Shown: positions 53,501-64,000 of the stretch, piece by piece
How positions within the stretch are numbered: position 1 is the stretch's first letter
How the letters are laid out: every line of letters starts with the position of its first letter
DNA from: Auanema rhodensis
Lineage: Eukaryota > Animalia > Nematoda
Direction of reading: 5' to 3'
DNA: 64,000 nt
Assembly: GCA_964057225.1 (NCBI GenBank)
Contig: OZ059900.1
Location: 13,578,001-13,642,000 of the forward strand
Program-made: the position numbers and the translations under genes
The notes under the pieces: model-generated
The model's input: only the letters and a program-made list of their open reading frames with translations
Databases searched by the model: none
What the model was told of the DNA's origin: nothing

Positions 53501-55659
53501 TGCCTTCATTGTTCAAAGTATGCCAAGCAATCTTTTTGATACTGAAATGTGGCCAGTCGCATCTGATAAGCGCTTATGGCAACTTTTAATACGCCTTCCT
53601 CATCTTCAAAATGTTCTGTTTCCTCATATTTTCATATCAACATCTCTCAAGGTATATAAGAGCTTCATAAAATATAAAAACAAAAAAAAAATATATTAAG
53701 GATGACGTGGATGATGTCACTGAACCTATTGGTTCAGTTTCTGGCGGAACTTCTTGTGAAGTAGGAGTAGCTTTCAAAATAGCTCATAGAGATAATGAAT
53801 CCATTGTTGCTTTTGCATCGTGCCAGGTTTGCATATTTTTATATTCTGAAAATGTTCACGATTTAGAGCAAACCTGGCCAGCTTGTGCTTTCTAATGGCA
53901 AAGAACTTCAAGAAATGGATGTTAGCACTGCTATGCAACTGTATGCCAGCCCTAATATGAATAATAACAATAAGGTATTAATTTTTTATTCTCAAAAAAA
54001 TATTTAAGTTAATGCATCTAATCGAATTGTTTAGATATGCTTTAATTTTTATTTATACTAACCAAAATATTATGCTTTCATTGTTTTCAATGGTATTTTC
54101 AGTTGCACCTTTATGATATAGAACATGCCGAAGCTGTTACAGAATTTTTAACAGATGATTATCATTTAGAGTTTGATAATAACAAACTAAATTTAGAGCA
54201 TTCAATCAATATGGTAAGGGTTTTGTTATGTATTTTTTAATTTTTTTTTTACTTTTTACTAACAAATCATATTTTTTTAAATTCTTTTAATCATTTTTTT
54301 ATAATCTAGCAAAAAATAAGTTGGAGTTCAACTTACTGTCAATGCAAGGTATAAACTATCGTGGTGTTCTTTGTATTGTATTTTATTCATTCTTATTGTA
54401 ATGTCTTTTGTATCGTATTTAATTCACTTTTTTGCAGCTTTCCAAAAAACCATCATCTGGCGTCCGTCGTTTGGATGCACATCCGTATGAGCCACTCTGT
54501 AAATATATAATGTGAAGGTTTTTTGAAAATTAGTTATTCAGATGTGAGTGGAGCAAATGATGGATCTATTCGTTTGTGGGAATGGGGATCTAAACAAGCT
54601 GTTTTCACAGCACGTGCACCTGGACAGCATGCAAGAGTGAGTTTTTCATTTATCATATTATCACAATTTTATTATATATTTGTTTTAATACCTTCCAGGT
54701 AACAAAAGTTTCGTTCTCACAAAATGGTAATAAATTTGCTGCTGTTGACGGAGACGGAATGCTCTGTTTATGGCAAATATGTTCATCTTCAGATTCCGTT
54801 CGAAAACCATTCTTTGTTTGTTGCTTTTGTCTACAGGTTTTAAATATCTTCATATTTGTAGAGCCAGCGCTGCAATAATAAACATGCCGCAGATGTTCGT
54901 TTTCTTGGACCTAGCTCATCAGTACTATTGACAGCAGGGTTTTCAACTGGCGATTACAATATAGGTAACCCTTAAACTAAAAAATCACTAGATAATTATA
55001 ATCTGCAATGACTATAATGACCTGTTTTTAAAAACCTTTTCAGCTATATGGGACACTCTTTTGCCGCAGAACAGAGCTTTAGTTTCTTCATGGGCCGCTC
55101 ATACAGATGGAGCCACATGTGCTGGATTCCTCTCTACACAGCAGGCATTTAATCATTATTATTTATGATTAAAAGAAAAAAATTTTAGACTATACTTTCT
55201 GGTGGTAAACACGGAGAGTTATGTTTCTGGGATGTTAGACAGCGTAGTCTTCGCACTTCTATCAAATCTTTCGATGTTGGCTCAACGATAACATCTCTGG
55301 TTATTGATCCAGATGAAGAATTCATCGTAGCTGGTTCTAGTGATGGAGACATTAAAGTATTCTAGATAAATAATTTTGTAGATTATTATTTAATCATAGA
55401 TCTGGTCGCTGGATTCAACTCCCCAATTGTTGCTTGAAATACCCTCGGAAACCACTTCAAAACAAGGATTCTCATTCAGACCAGGTATTACTTTCTCACT
55501 TATAGATAATGTGAAAGCTTTTTTTCAGTTGGCCAATCATCAGGACAAGGTGTTGTTCAACTCTATCTCGAAAACAAAATTCGTTTACTTGCCTGTGGCA
55601 GTGATGGTGTTCTTCGAATTCACTCTCTTTCTGTACTAAATGAAAATTCTCTAATATAG
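44574..55659 (+). CDS. rbc-1: Rabconnectin-3 alpha / DmX-like WD40 protein
   Basis: MVHQVILGAIN...GSVEG, LPQYHPKQL..LLNAGKTKRVKAIL, HLPGLSSVDQ, VDECGLRYL, WALHSETE, KNAFVLMSKQRFRHAAAFFLL, DPFERSMAYW, C-terminal WD40s. Many short introns. Confidence 0.92.
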
Positions 55660-56124
55660 CTGTAATATAACACGAATTTTTGTTCTCACCGGCTTAATCA
55701 CATGTGTTGTGTATTGATATACGAGCCGTTTCTTTTTTTATTAATCAATTTTATTAACATAAGTCATTATAGAAGAAATATTTTACAATCAAAATATTCC
55801 AACACTTACACTTTTATTTATTTATTTATGCGTAAATATGTATTACAGTAGATATTATTGTATAAAGTCATTTTTTTATCTTCCCATTTTTCTTTAATCT
55901 GCGGGGGATTGATTTTTTATAATATGTGCATAAAGTTTTATTTATTCTTCTATTTTGAAGAGTCAAGATTTGAAATTAGCCAAAACCAGAAATATTTCAT
56001 AACATAAAAATTAGTCATAATAATACCACTTCGGCATGTACATGTATGTAAATGCATCATGAGTTTGGAAAACACTATTATAAAACTAAATGAATTGAGT
56101 AAAATATAATGTTTTATGAGATGT

Positions 56125-58125
56125 TTATGCTTCGCTGCCATCATCAGCACCATCGTCAAGAGGTCCTATAAAGCATATTAGAATTGTTTTTGATTGTATG
56201 AGATTTACCTTCAATGTTCAATGTTAATTCAACATTGGCTTCGCCGGCATCATTTTTAATGTTGCAAGTGTAAGTACCACTGTCTTTAGCTTTATAATTC
56301 TGTAATACGTGAATTTAGGATAACACTTAAGCAATTACAAACTTTGAGTTCAAGAAGAGCAGTGAATGTATTCTGGCCGCCATCAGGTGAAGTTGTGAAT
56401 TTGATACGGGAAGATTCCTTCATTTTTTTACCCTTTGGATTGATCCACATTACCTAAACAAAGAGATAAATAAGATTTTTAATAAAGTCAAATATTGTTA
56501 CTTCTGGATTGCGATCAGCTTGGAATCCAATATCAAAAACGATAGCTGGATCTCCGGAATCCGAGGTTTTTTGCAGAATTTGTGGCTTTCTAGTGAATGT
56601 AGGAGCTCCTTGTGGGACTGAACCAAAACATGCTCAAGAATAAATCGAGATAAGTACTCACCTTCGAACTTAACGGTGAATGTAGCAGTCAACTTTCCAG
56701 AATCGTTTTTAGCAGTGCAGATGAATTGTCCTGCATCCTTATCCTTGGTGGGATCCTATATATATAGTATATATTAGTAAAATTTGAATCTAGTTGACAG
56801 CCTCACTCTAATTTCAAGAGCAGAATAATAAACTTGGTTAGGTTCCTCACGAAGGACAATCTTTACTCTATCGGATTGTGGAACAATTTCATCTCCCTGT
56901 AAGCAAGACTTATGTATCTTACTGTGTATTGTTTTACTTACCTTTTGCCAGACAAAAGTAGGCTTAAGAATTGATTTGGCTCTGAATTCCATAACCATGA
57001 CCTGTCCTTCATCACGAGAAGATATTTGAGGCTTTTCAATGAAAGTTGGTGAAGAGAAACCTTAGAAATATAAAACTGTTAAGACCATTATTTAGAACTA
57101 AATACCAGTTAATTTAAGGTTGAAGTTAGCATTTCCTTTTCCGTGAGGGTTAACAATGGCACATTTGTATGCTCCAGCATCAGAATCAGCTAAATCCTGA
57201 AAACAGATTGTGTCAAGAAAAAGAACCAATATAACGCTCGGCTCTCTTTGGTAAGTTTTAATTTTACACTAATTGTGGGGAAAGATTGTCCCTCAATGTG
57301 TCATTTTCTTCTTTCTCTCATATTTTGAGCTATGGTCGATCATTTATCTGATCCCGAACGGACACAACCCACTCTTATACTTTATCTCTTACATCTTTCT
57401 ATTCTTTCCGTCTCTCTCTCACTTGACAATGAGCACTCCCCCGCGCGCCAGTTGTCATTGAAGATACTGCAGCTTTGCCTATCTTTTATTCTCTCAAATT
57501 TTTCACCTTCTCTGAGGAAAAGACTGTTATATTTTACAACTGAGTTATACAACAAGATCACTCACTGAAATGGCATTTTTTTTCAAAGTTCATTATAGTC
57601 GGTTTTCGAGAAAAACAAAAAATGATCAGCAAAAGTGAACAAAATGAAATGATTTGTCATGTTTAAACCTAATCTGAAGAGCTTTTTGATCGGCGTTGTA
57701 ATTCTCGAGGAATCAAAGTAAATAAAATGCTCGATCGCATGACGTGCCATTATAAAGAAAAATGATGCAATACTTTCAGAATTATTAGTTTCATTTTGTT
57801 TCTAACAATTATTGAAATAAAAAATAGCAAACCTTGATCTGTAAAATGGCGCTGTAGGAGTCACCTCCTTTGTTGTCCATGCGAAAATTGAAACGACCAT
57901 CTGGCTTGATTTCCTTCTGTAACAAAAAAAATTTAATTCAGACTTTACAACCTATATTTGTATTTTTATCAAAAAATTTATGAAAATTAAAATTACATTG
58001 TCGTAGAACCATTTGATATCAGGCTTAGGTCTTGCATCTAAATAGCACTCAAGTTCAAGACTGCCATCTTCATTTTGGCGAGCAACTGGTTGTTGAGGGA
58101 AATGTGGAGCTTTTCCGTCTGACAT
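56125..58125 (-). CDS. dim-1: DIM-1 muscle Ig-domain protein (short, three-Ig form)
   Basis: [87 protein letters not shown], ends [13 protein letters not shown]. Confidence 0.93.
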
Positions 58126-59455
58126 TCTTAAAATAATAAAATAATGATTAATTTAATGGAAAGTTTCTCATATAGTGTTTCTTTAATCAATATTCTATCA
58201 AACATCACAGAAATCGTAAGCTGAATTTTTATTTGCTTTGAAAAAGCGAAAGCATAGAATGAACACTCAGAAAGAAATTATAGATATTTAGATATGAACC
58301 AAGAAATGACAACTAAAAAAGCTCAACAGCTTCTCAAACTAAAAGTTTTTAAAGAGAGTTAAATCTTAAAGAATGTTAAGCGTATTTTGTTAAATTTCAT
58401 AGTAAATGACTGGAAAAATAAAATAAATGTAAAATAATAACTGTAATAAGAATAAGTCGTTCAAAAGGTGTGTTGACGAAGATATAGAGACAACTCTTGT
58501 TCTGCATCTAGAAAAGACGGCAAGACCAGGCAGGATGAGGGGCGGGCAGTTAAACGAACTTAAGAACAGAACGACAGAAGGTGGAAGGAGGCAAAAGTTG
58601 AGAGACTGCAAATAAACAGGAGATGGGTAGAGAGAGATGAATGAAGTATATGAAAAGAAGCAAGATATGCTGAATTAGAAAAGAGAAGAACTTGTCCGGC
58701 TGTTAGCTTGTGTAATGATCTATGTTTATCAAGGTAAAACAAAATCGGCCAAAGGCTCTTAATGTGAAATTGAAGAATATCTTGGCAAATTTTCATAGAT
58801 TCCTTATTCAACCAAGTCGTGAAAAGATATCAGATAACACAAGAAAGCTAATTATATTCAACGTAGAAAGCGTTCATTCTATCAGTTCTGAGAAAATAAA
58901 GTTATCTGATCTCAAACATGAAATTCACTTCACCAAACTGATAACAAAACTTTAACTTTGAATAATATACAAACAAAAATTAAAAATTCACAGAGCATAA
59001 GTATTGTCTGTTTCTATGATATAGCTGCTTAGTTTAAAACTTCTCTTTAATGCTGATCGCAGACTCCTACGCTAAAACAGCTGTCATCGTTACACTACTC
59101 GACGAAGTGCCGGAGGCAATGAGAAAGTTTATATTTAGAGAAATTTACAACATGCCCACACAGTGAGCCATACAAGAAAAAAGAGAATATCTTGAATGAG
59201 AACAATAAATTAATGTGTTTAAGAAACTTTAAGTTTCTAATCACAAGTTCTTCTCATTATCACATATCTTTTAATCATTGAAACATAATTGCAAGAGAAA
59301 AGCGAAAAACAATTTATTGATGTGTATATGTGTATTATGATACAATAACTGAAAATTAATTTATATTAAGTGAAATAAGTGTTAAGTGAACTTTTTAATT
59401 GGATAAGTTCTTTTGAAAAAACATATTGAGATCAAAATTATAATTCCTGTCCGTT

Positions 59456-60724
59456 TTAACGATAAGCTAGTGTTTGCAAATTCAGGCGTTCAACAGCTTC
59501 TCGAGTAAGCTTAGCTTTTGGGATTCTCTTTTTCCGTTCTTCTGTGTACCTGACCTGAGATTGTTCCTAAATAAAAAAGTTGATTCGCACCACTATAAGA
59601 TTTCTAGCTATTACATTATTTGACACTGAGTCATCATGATTAAAAACTAGATACATGGCGAAACAAAGAGCAGCCACTTGACAAATGATAACACCAGAAA
59701 AAACAACTAAAGCTACAGAATAACCAATTCGTAAAGCGATCATAATCCTAAATATTTGAATCACATATAGAAACGAAAATTTGTAACCTATAATGGCAAC
59801 CATCGCAGCGTATATCGCATGATCTAGGCGGATCTTGTCGGAAAGCCCGAAAATCAGAACATCCAGCATTACCTAAAAATTATTATACAAATAAGAAACA
59901 TTTATCGAACTAATAACCACAGCAGCGAAACGCTGTTTGAAGATGGTCCAACGCTTCTTGTACTACGCCGGCACCTTGATAATAGTGTTGTACCATATAA
60001 TTCAAAGCATCTGACAATTCAACATCAATCTAAACAAAGAGTTAAGTAATTGAATCTTTTAGAATTTCATACGCCATCTTTCTTAAATAGAACATATACT
60101 ATAGTACTTATATTAGCTGCAATTAGAACAAAAAGACATATTGAATATAATATACATAAGCAGCGCGAATTTCCTGTTAGCCCACAACATCCTATAACAG
60201 AAAACTCATTTAAGCACCATTATCAGCATAAAACTCACCAAAAAAAGACACAACAATCATAACACATCCAAGAACAATCAAGATGTAGCTATAAATAAAT
60301 AAAGTTGGAGCTTCCCAAAACGCTTCCCCAACCGCTTGTCGATATCTTCAAAACTATATTTATGTTCAACTGAAAAATTAAAAAAACCTTTCACTAAGAA
60401 AATCACGAAAACGACTATCAGTCCGAAGATAAACACCGAGAGCTACCATTATACCTCCAACAACCTAAAACATAGTTTTATAACATGGATAGCTGTGTCA
60501 AAACCAAACCAATTGTACAATATTAGCAGCAAATATACCATACCGCATAAACGGAACACAACTTGTTTCACTATGAAAAGAATATTGTTAAAAAGATTTT
60601 TTAGAAAACAATACCTTTCCTTTGAAGAAATTGTCGAGCTATAAGTATAGTCATGGGAAGAGCGATCGATTGGTGAATATACTCTACGATTATCTTGGTA
60701 ATACATTCTATCTTTCCTGTCCAT
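59456..60724 (-). CDS. Tetraspanin
   Basis: Spliced frame gives CVPFMRYGIFAAN, YILIVLGCVMIVVSFFGCCGL...SRCLCILY, large-loop LQTAFRCCG...PPRSC...DGC and a fourth TM segment. Confidence 0.88.
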
Positions 60725-61950
60725 ATCTTATAAATTCAAACTCAATTGCTTTTTTGAAAATATCGCTAACATTGAAAATAATCAAACAAAATTCGAACAC
60801 GAAACATAACTCATGAATTGTATATTAAATGTATTTTGATTGACCATCGGTCAATAACAACGAGGGATAGGTCACCTGCACAAGCCGCGTTGCAAAACGC
60901 TGCGCGCGTATAGCTTATGTTAATGCAAACAGAGATAGTGTTTGCTCTCATACTGCCATACCTAGCTGTTACATCATCAGCTCAACATGAATTATCGATT
61001 ACAAGGATACATTTATTAGGGTGTGTTTGAAGAATGATGAGTGAAAAATCAAACAAAGCTTCTCAAAATACAATCTCCAAATTATTTTTTAATTTCCTAA
61101 ATAACAAAATAAAAAGATAAAAGTTCATAATACGAATAGATATTACATATACATTATTGCTATATGAGTTTGAATAGCATAGATGTTGCATTCATACAAC
61201 CAATACTGTGCTACAAAGCTAAGCTTGAAGCTGAACAGTGTTTAAATTAATTCATAAATCAGTTCATTGTAAATAAATATTTGAAGAAAAACACGGAAAA
61301 ACACTTAAAAAATTTATTGAACATTCAAAAACTTGATACAATTTTTTAAAAATAACATAATCATACAGAATACATATTGATAATTGAATGGTTAGTGAAA
61401 ATATAATATAATTAGATTACAACGAACAACTTCTTTCATTAAACTTATTCAATTATATTGATTATATGTTGATAATTTGGTGAAGATTGCAAAAAACGGT
61501 TGACTTTCTCCTCGGACTGAAATTCTCAAAGTTCTTATATACCGTATACTAGAATAATTCGCTCCAAGACTAATAGTTTTTTTTTTAAAAGTCGTTACAA
61601 TTTATATAATTTGTCAATATTTTTTGGTCATATTTATTTTATATTATTTATTTCGAATTAAATATGGCTGACGCAATAGCTAGTAAAATTCTACGGGATA
61701 TTGAATTATGTTTTTTGTGTTACGATAGTGAAAGGTAAGCTTGAAATAAGGTGTAATAATGTGTCATTCCATTGCGAAACTTTTTTTTCCAACAATTTCT
61801 ATTTATTCTACACGTTTTAGAAAAAAGTGAAAAATAGGTGAATTTTCGAAGTAGAAATCTTATAGTGGTTTGCTAGTCCATTGTTAAAAAAACTATTCAC
61901 TTTACCAATATAGATGTATTTACATTTTTGATCTCTATTTACATCCCAAA

Positions 61951-62559
61951 TCATGACTTCATTTTGTTTTTTTTGTTTTCATTTGCACAATTTTCATTTA
62001 TATAATCGCATTTACTCATCTCACTCAATATATTTGTTGGTCTTGATTGATTGAAATGAGAATACACTTTTGTTTCTATAATTATACAATTCTCTTTCAA
62101 ATATCTTTTGTGATAGAAAACACTAGCAAACCTATTTGGGTAGTTCTCAGATATTTTGCTATTTGTAAACCATTGATATTCACTATGCTTTACAAGTGTT
62201 CCATATTCACATATCTTAGTAATTATCATTTCTCTACACTCTACTACGGTCCAAGCTCTATTATTTAATTCTTTTTCAATCAGATGTTCATAACCTGAAA
62301 TATCTGTATACATAGTTACTTCTGACACTAACTTCTTACACAACTTTGCCTCACTTGAGTATTGGATTATATTAGGTTTAAAAACTTCATACTGAACTAC
62401 TTCAGTTCTGTTTTCCATTACTTAATTACATTTTGGTAGTTTTGATAGTTTGAAGTATTGTGTTGGAGAATTTTCTGTACAAATAATTGTTTCAGTATTA
62501 GGGAATGTTTATAAAGCTAAAAATAATATAAGTTTGAGCAACTTTTTCTTGTAGTTCAT
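61951..62559 (-). pseudogene. N-terminal fragment of a Cys-rich gB-like viral fusogen/envelope protein
   Basis: Signal-like MNYKKKLLKLILFLAL*, then IICTENSPT...LPKC*, CKK...YTDISG...ECREMIITKICEYGTL...WFTN...ENCIIIETKVYSH...CDYINENC. The Cys spacing matches my recollection of nematode Maverick/BEL-Pao gB-like envelopes. Two in-frame stops. Confidence 0.65.
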
Positions 62560-62579
62560 TAATTAATACTTTTTTCATA

Positions 62580-62960
62580 AAATGTATCGAAGATTTCTCT
62601 TGATTATTTTATGTGTCCATCCTTTGAGCATCCTGTTGCTAGTGCGAATCAATTAAAAAAACACATATTGTATTCAACATTCTCCAAACTTATGATAAAT
62701 CTAGATTTTTTAATATAATCCTGCAATTGTAGTTTACTACCAATCGGAAAATCTAATCTAGTGATGTTAACACCCACTGCATAAACTCCAAAACTCATAG
62801 TTTTTGAATCTGCTCGGCTCTTAGTTAAATGCATTGATTCTTGTGTAATTTTATGTTTGATACTTCTCAGATCTTCAGCATTTTTCATCAAAACAGGTTT
62901 ATTATTAATAAATTTTATTAATTATTGATAAACATATTTTTTCAAAAAGATGGTTACTAC
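62580..62960 (-). pseudogene. Fragment resembling the N-terminal region of a Maverick pPolB
   Basis: FPIGSKLQLQDYIKKSRFIISLENVEYNMCFFN*FALA parallels the G..LP.YI..K.II.....CF..LA motif of pPolB N-termini. Confidence 0.5.
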
Positions 62961-63019
62961 TTCAGAATCTTCGATTCCTAAGTCCCCTAGACTGGTAGAA
63001 ATCTATGGTCCCAAGAAAA

Positions 63020-63971
63020 GAAATGAGATTGTTTAATCATTCTTGAAAAAAACGAAAGAACACTAATTCAAGAATTTAGAAAACCGTAGCAATCTGGAAA
63101 GCGTAGAAGATCATAGAATTGAAGTATTCGAACCAATATTAGAATCTAATAAAAAGTTACAAGAAAAAATAATTGATGAAAAGAATAAAATAGTTCAAAC
63201 TCTTAATTCATTTAAAGAACTTCAAAGTCAACCACAACTTCTACATCCTCAAACACCTAAGCAAATCCAAAATAGTTCAAACTCTTAATTCATTTAAAGA
63301 ACTTCAAAGTCAACCACAAATTCTACATCCTCAAACACCTAAGCAAATCCAAAATAGTTCAAACAAATTGTCATCTGCATCAATCAAAGTCAGTAATCTG
63401 ATTGCTACTTATCTTCAAGATATTAGAGATGAAAGTATTGTAGGATATTATATAAGGTACTCTTCCCAAAGAGAGAAGGGATATACAATTGGAATTAAAG
63501 ACATATTTTAAGAGGATAATACGATAGAGATCAATAATTCCGTTTATATAGCAACACCTGGTCTAATGGGATTATTAACCCAGAAATCTCCTGATTTCAA
63601 TAAAATTAAGAATGATGATACCCAAAATTATCGAGAAATCTTGTTTTGTTCGAATGCTTTCAATCAAGGTTTCAACAAAGATTCAAAAAAATATAAAGCA
63701 GATGCTAGTGATAAATGGAAGTTCATAAAAGAACATTATTTTGTTCCCAAAGGTCAAGCTACTGTGAGTAGTGTAACTAAACAATCTTCACTGCAAACTA
63801 AGCAAGGAAATTCTCAACTTACGCTAGGAAGCTCGCTGCTTATGCAAAGTCCAGCTAGTGAAAGTAGTGTTCCCAAAGGTCAAGTAAGTGAAGGTAGTTC
63901 AATATCATTTCATCCTAAAGATTTAAATTCTCTTATTGATTCTTTAAGACTTTCAGTTGCTTCATATCAAG
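63020..63971 (+). pseudogene. Second copy of the Maverick accessory ORF
   Basis: EDHRIEVFEPILESNKKLQEKIIDEKNKIVQTLNSFK, YIATPGLMGLLTQKSPD; 63660-63971 is nearly identical to the reverse complement of ~13257-13563. Confidence 0.8.
63187..63364 (+). repeat. 82-bp tandem duplication bounded by a 14-bp repeat AAAATAGTTCAAAC
   Basis: Motif at 63187, 63269 and 63351. The 82-bp period frameshifts the ORF. Confidence 0.9.
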
Positions 63972-64000
63972 TCTTTCTTTTTTTTTCATATCTTTCTTTA

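Larger units (their letters stand above)
61930..63971. mobile_element. Second decayed Maverick/Polinton remnant
   Basis: Fusogen-like fragment, PolB-like N-terminal fragment, and a copy of the same accessory ORF as at 13143-14130, all intronless and disrupted. Confidence 0.8.

Overview
AT-rich nematode genomic DNA with very short (~40-55 nt) introns. The left ~17 kb is an accessory zone. What looks like a 281/291-bp satellite (1-7921) is a tandem array of 28 spliced-leader (SL1-type) RNA genes with a one-base-variant leader (GGTTTAATTACCCAAGTTAGAG) and no 5S rRNA. The array is interrupted by an intact 6-exon gene encoding a ubiquitin-like domain plus an atypical (PI3K/PI4K/HipA-like) kinase domain. 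Two more SL genes follow, then a small spliced ORF and a decayed Maverick/Polinton (protein-primed PolB), closed by an inverted SL gene. The two SL genes flanking this segment point inward and are cut at the same point just after the SL RNA 3' end. Next is a near-identical 3.3-kb tandem duplication carrying a tRNA-derived SINE-like element and part of a fatty acyl-CoA reductase gene. From 21 to 61 kb is an ordinary conserved gene block: fard-1, lgl-1, lin-14 (with five clustered bulged lin-4 sites in its 3'UTR), an IFA-type intermediate filament, ced-8, a globin, rbc-1, dim-1 and a tetraspanin. The right end (61.9-64 kb) is a second Maverick remnant including a fragment of a gB-like fusogen. 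All gene models were assembled by eye from splice sites and recognised motifs; no database search was run.
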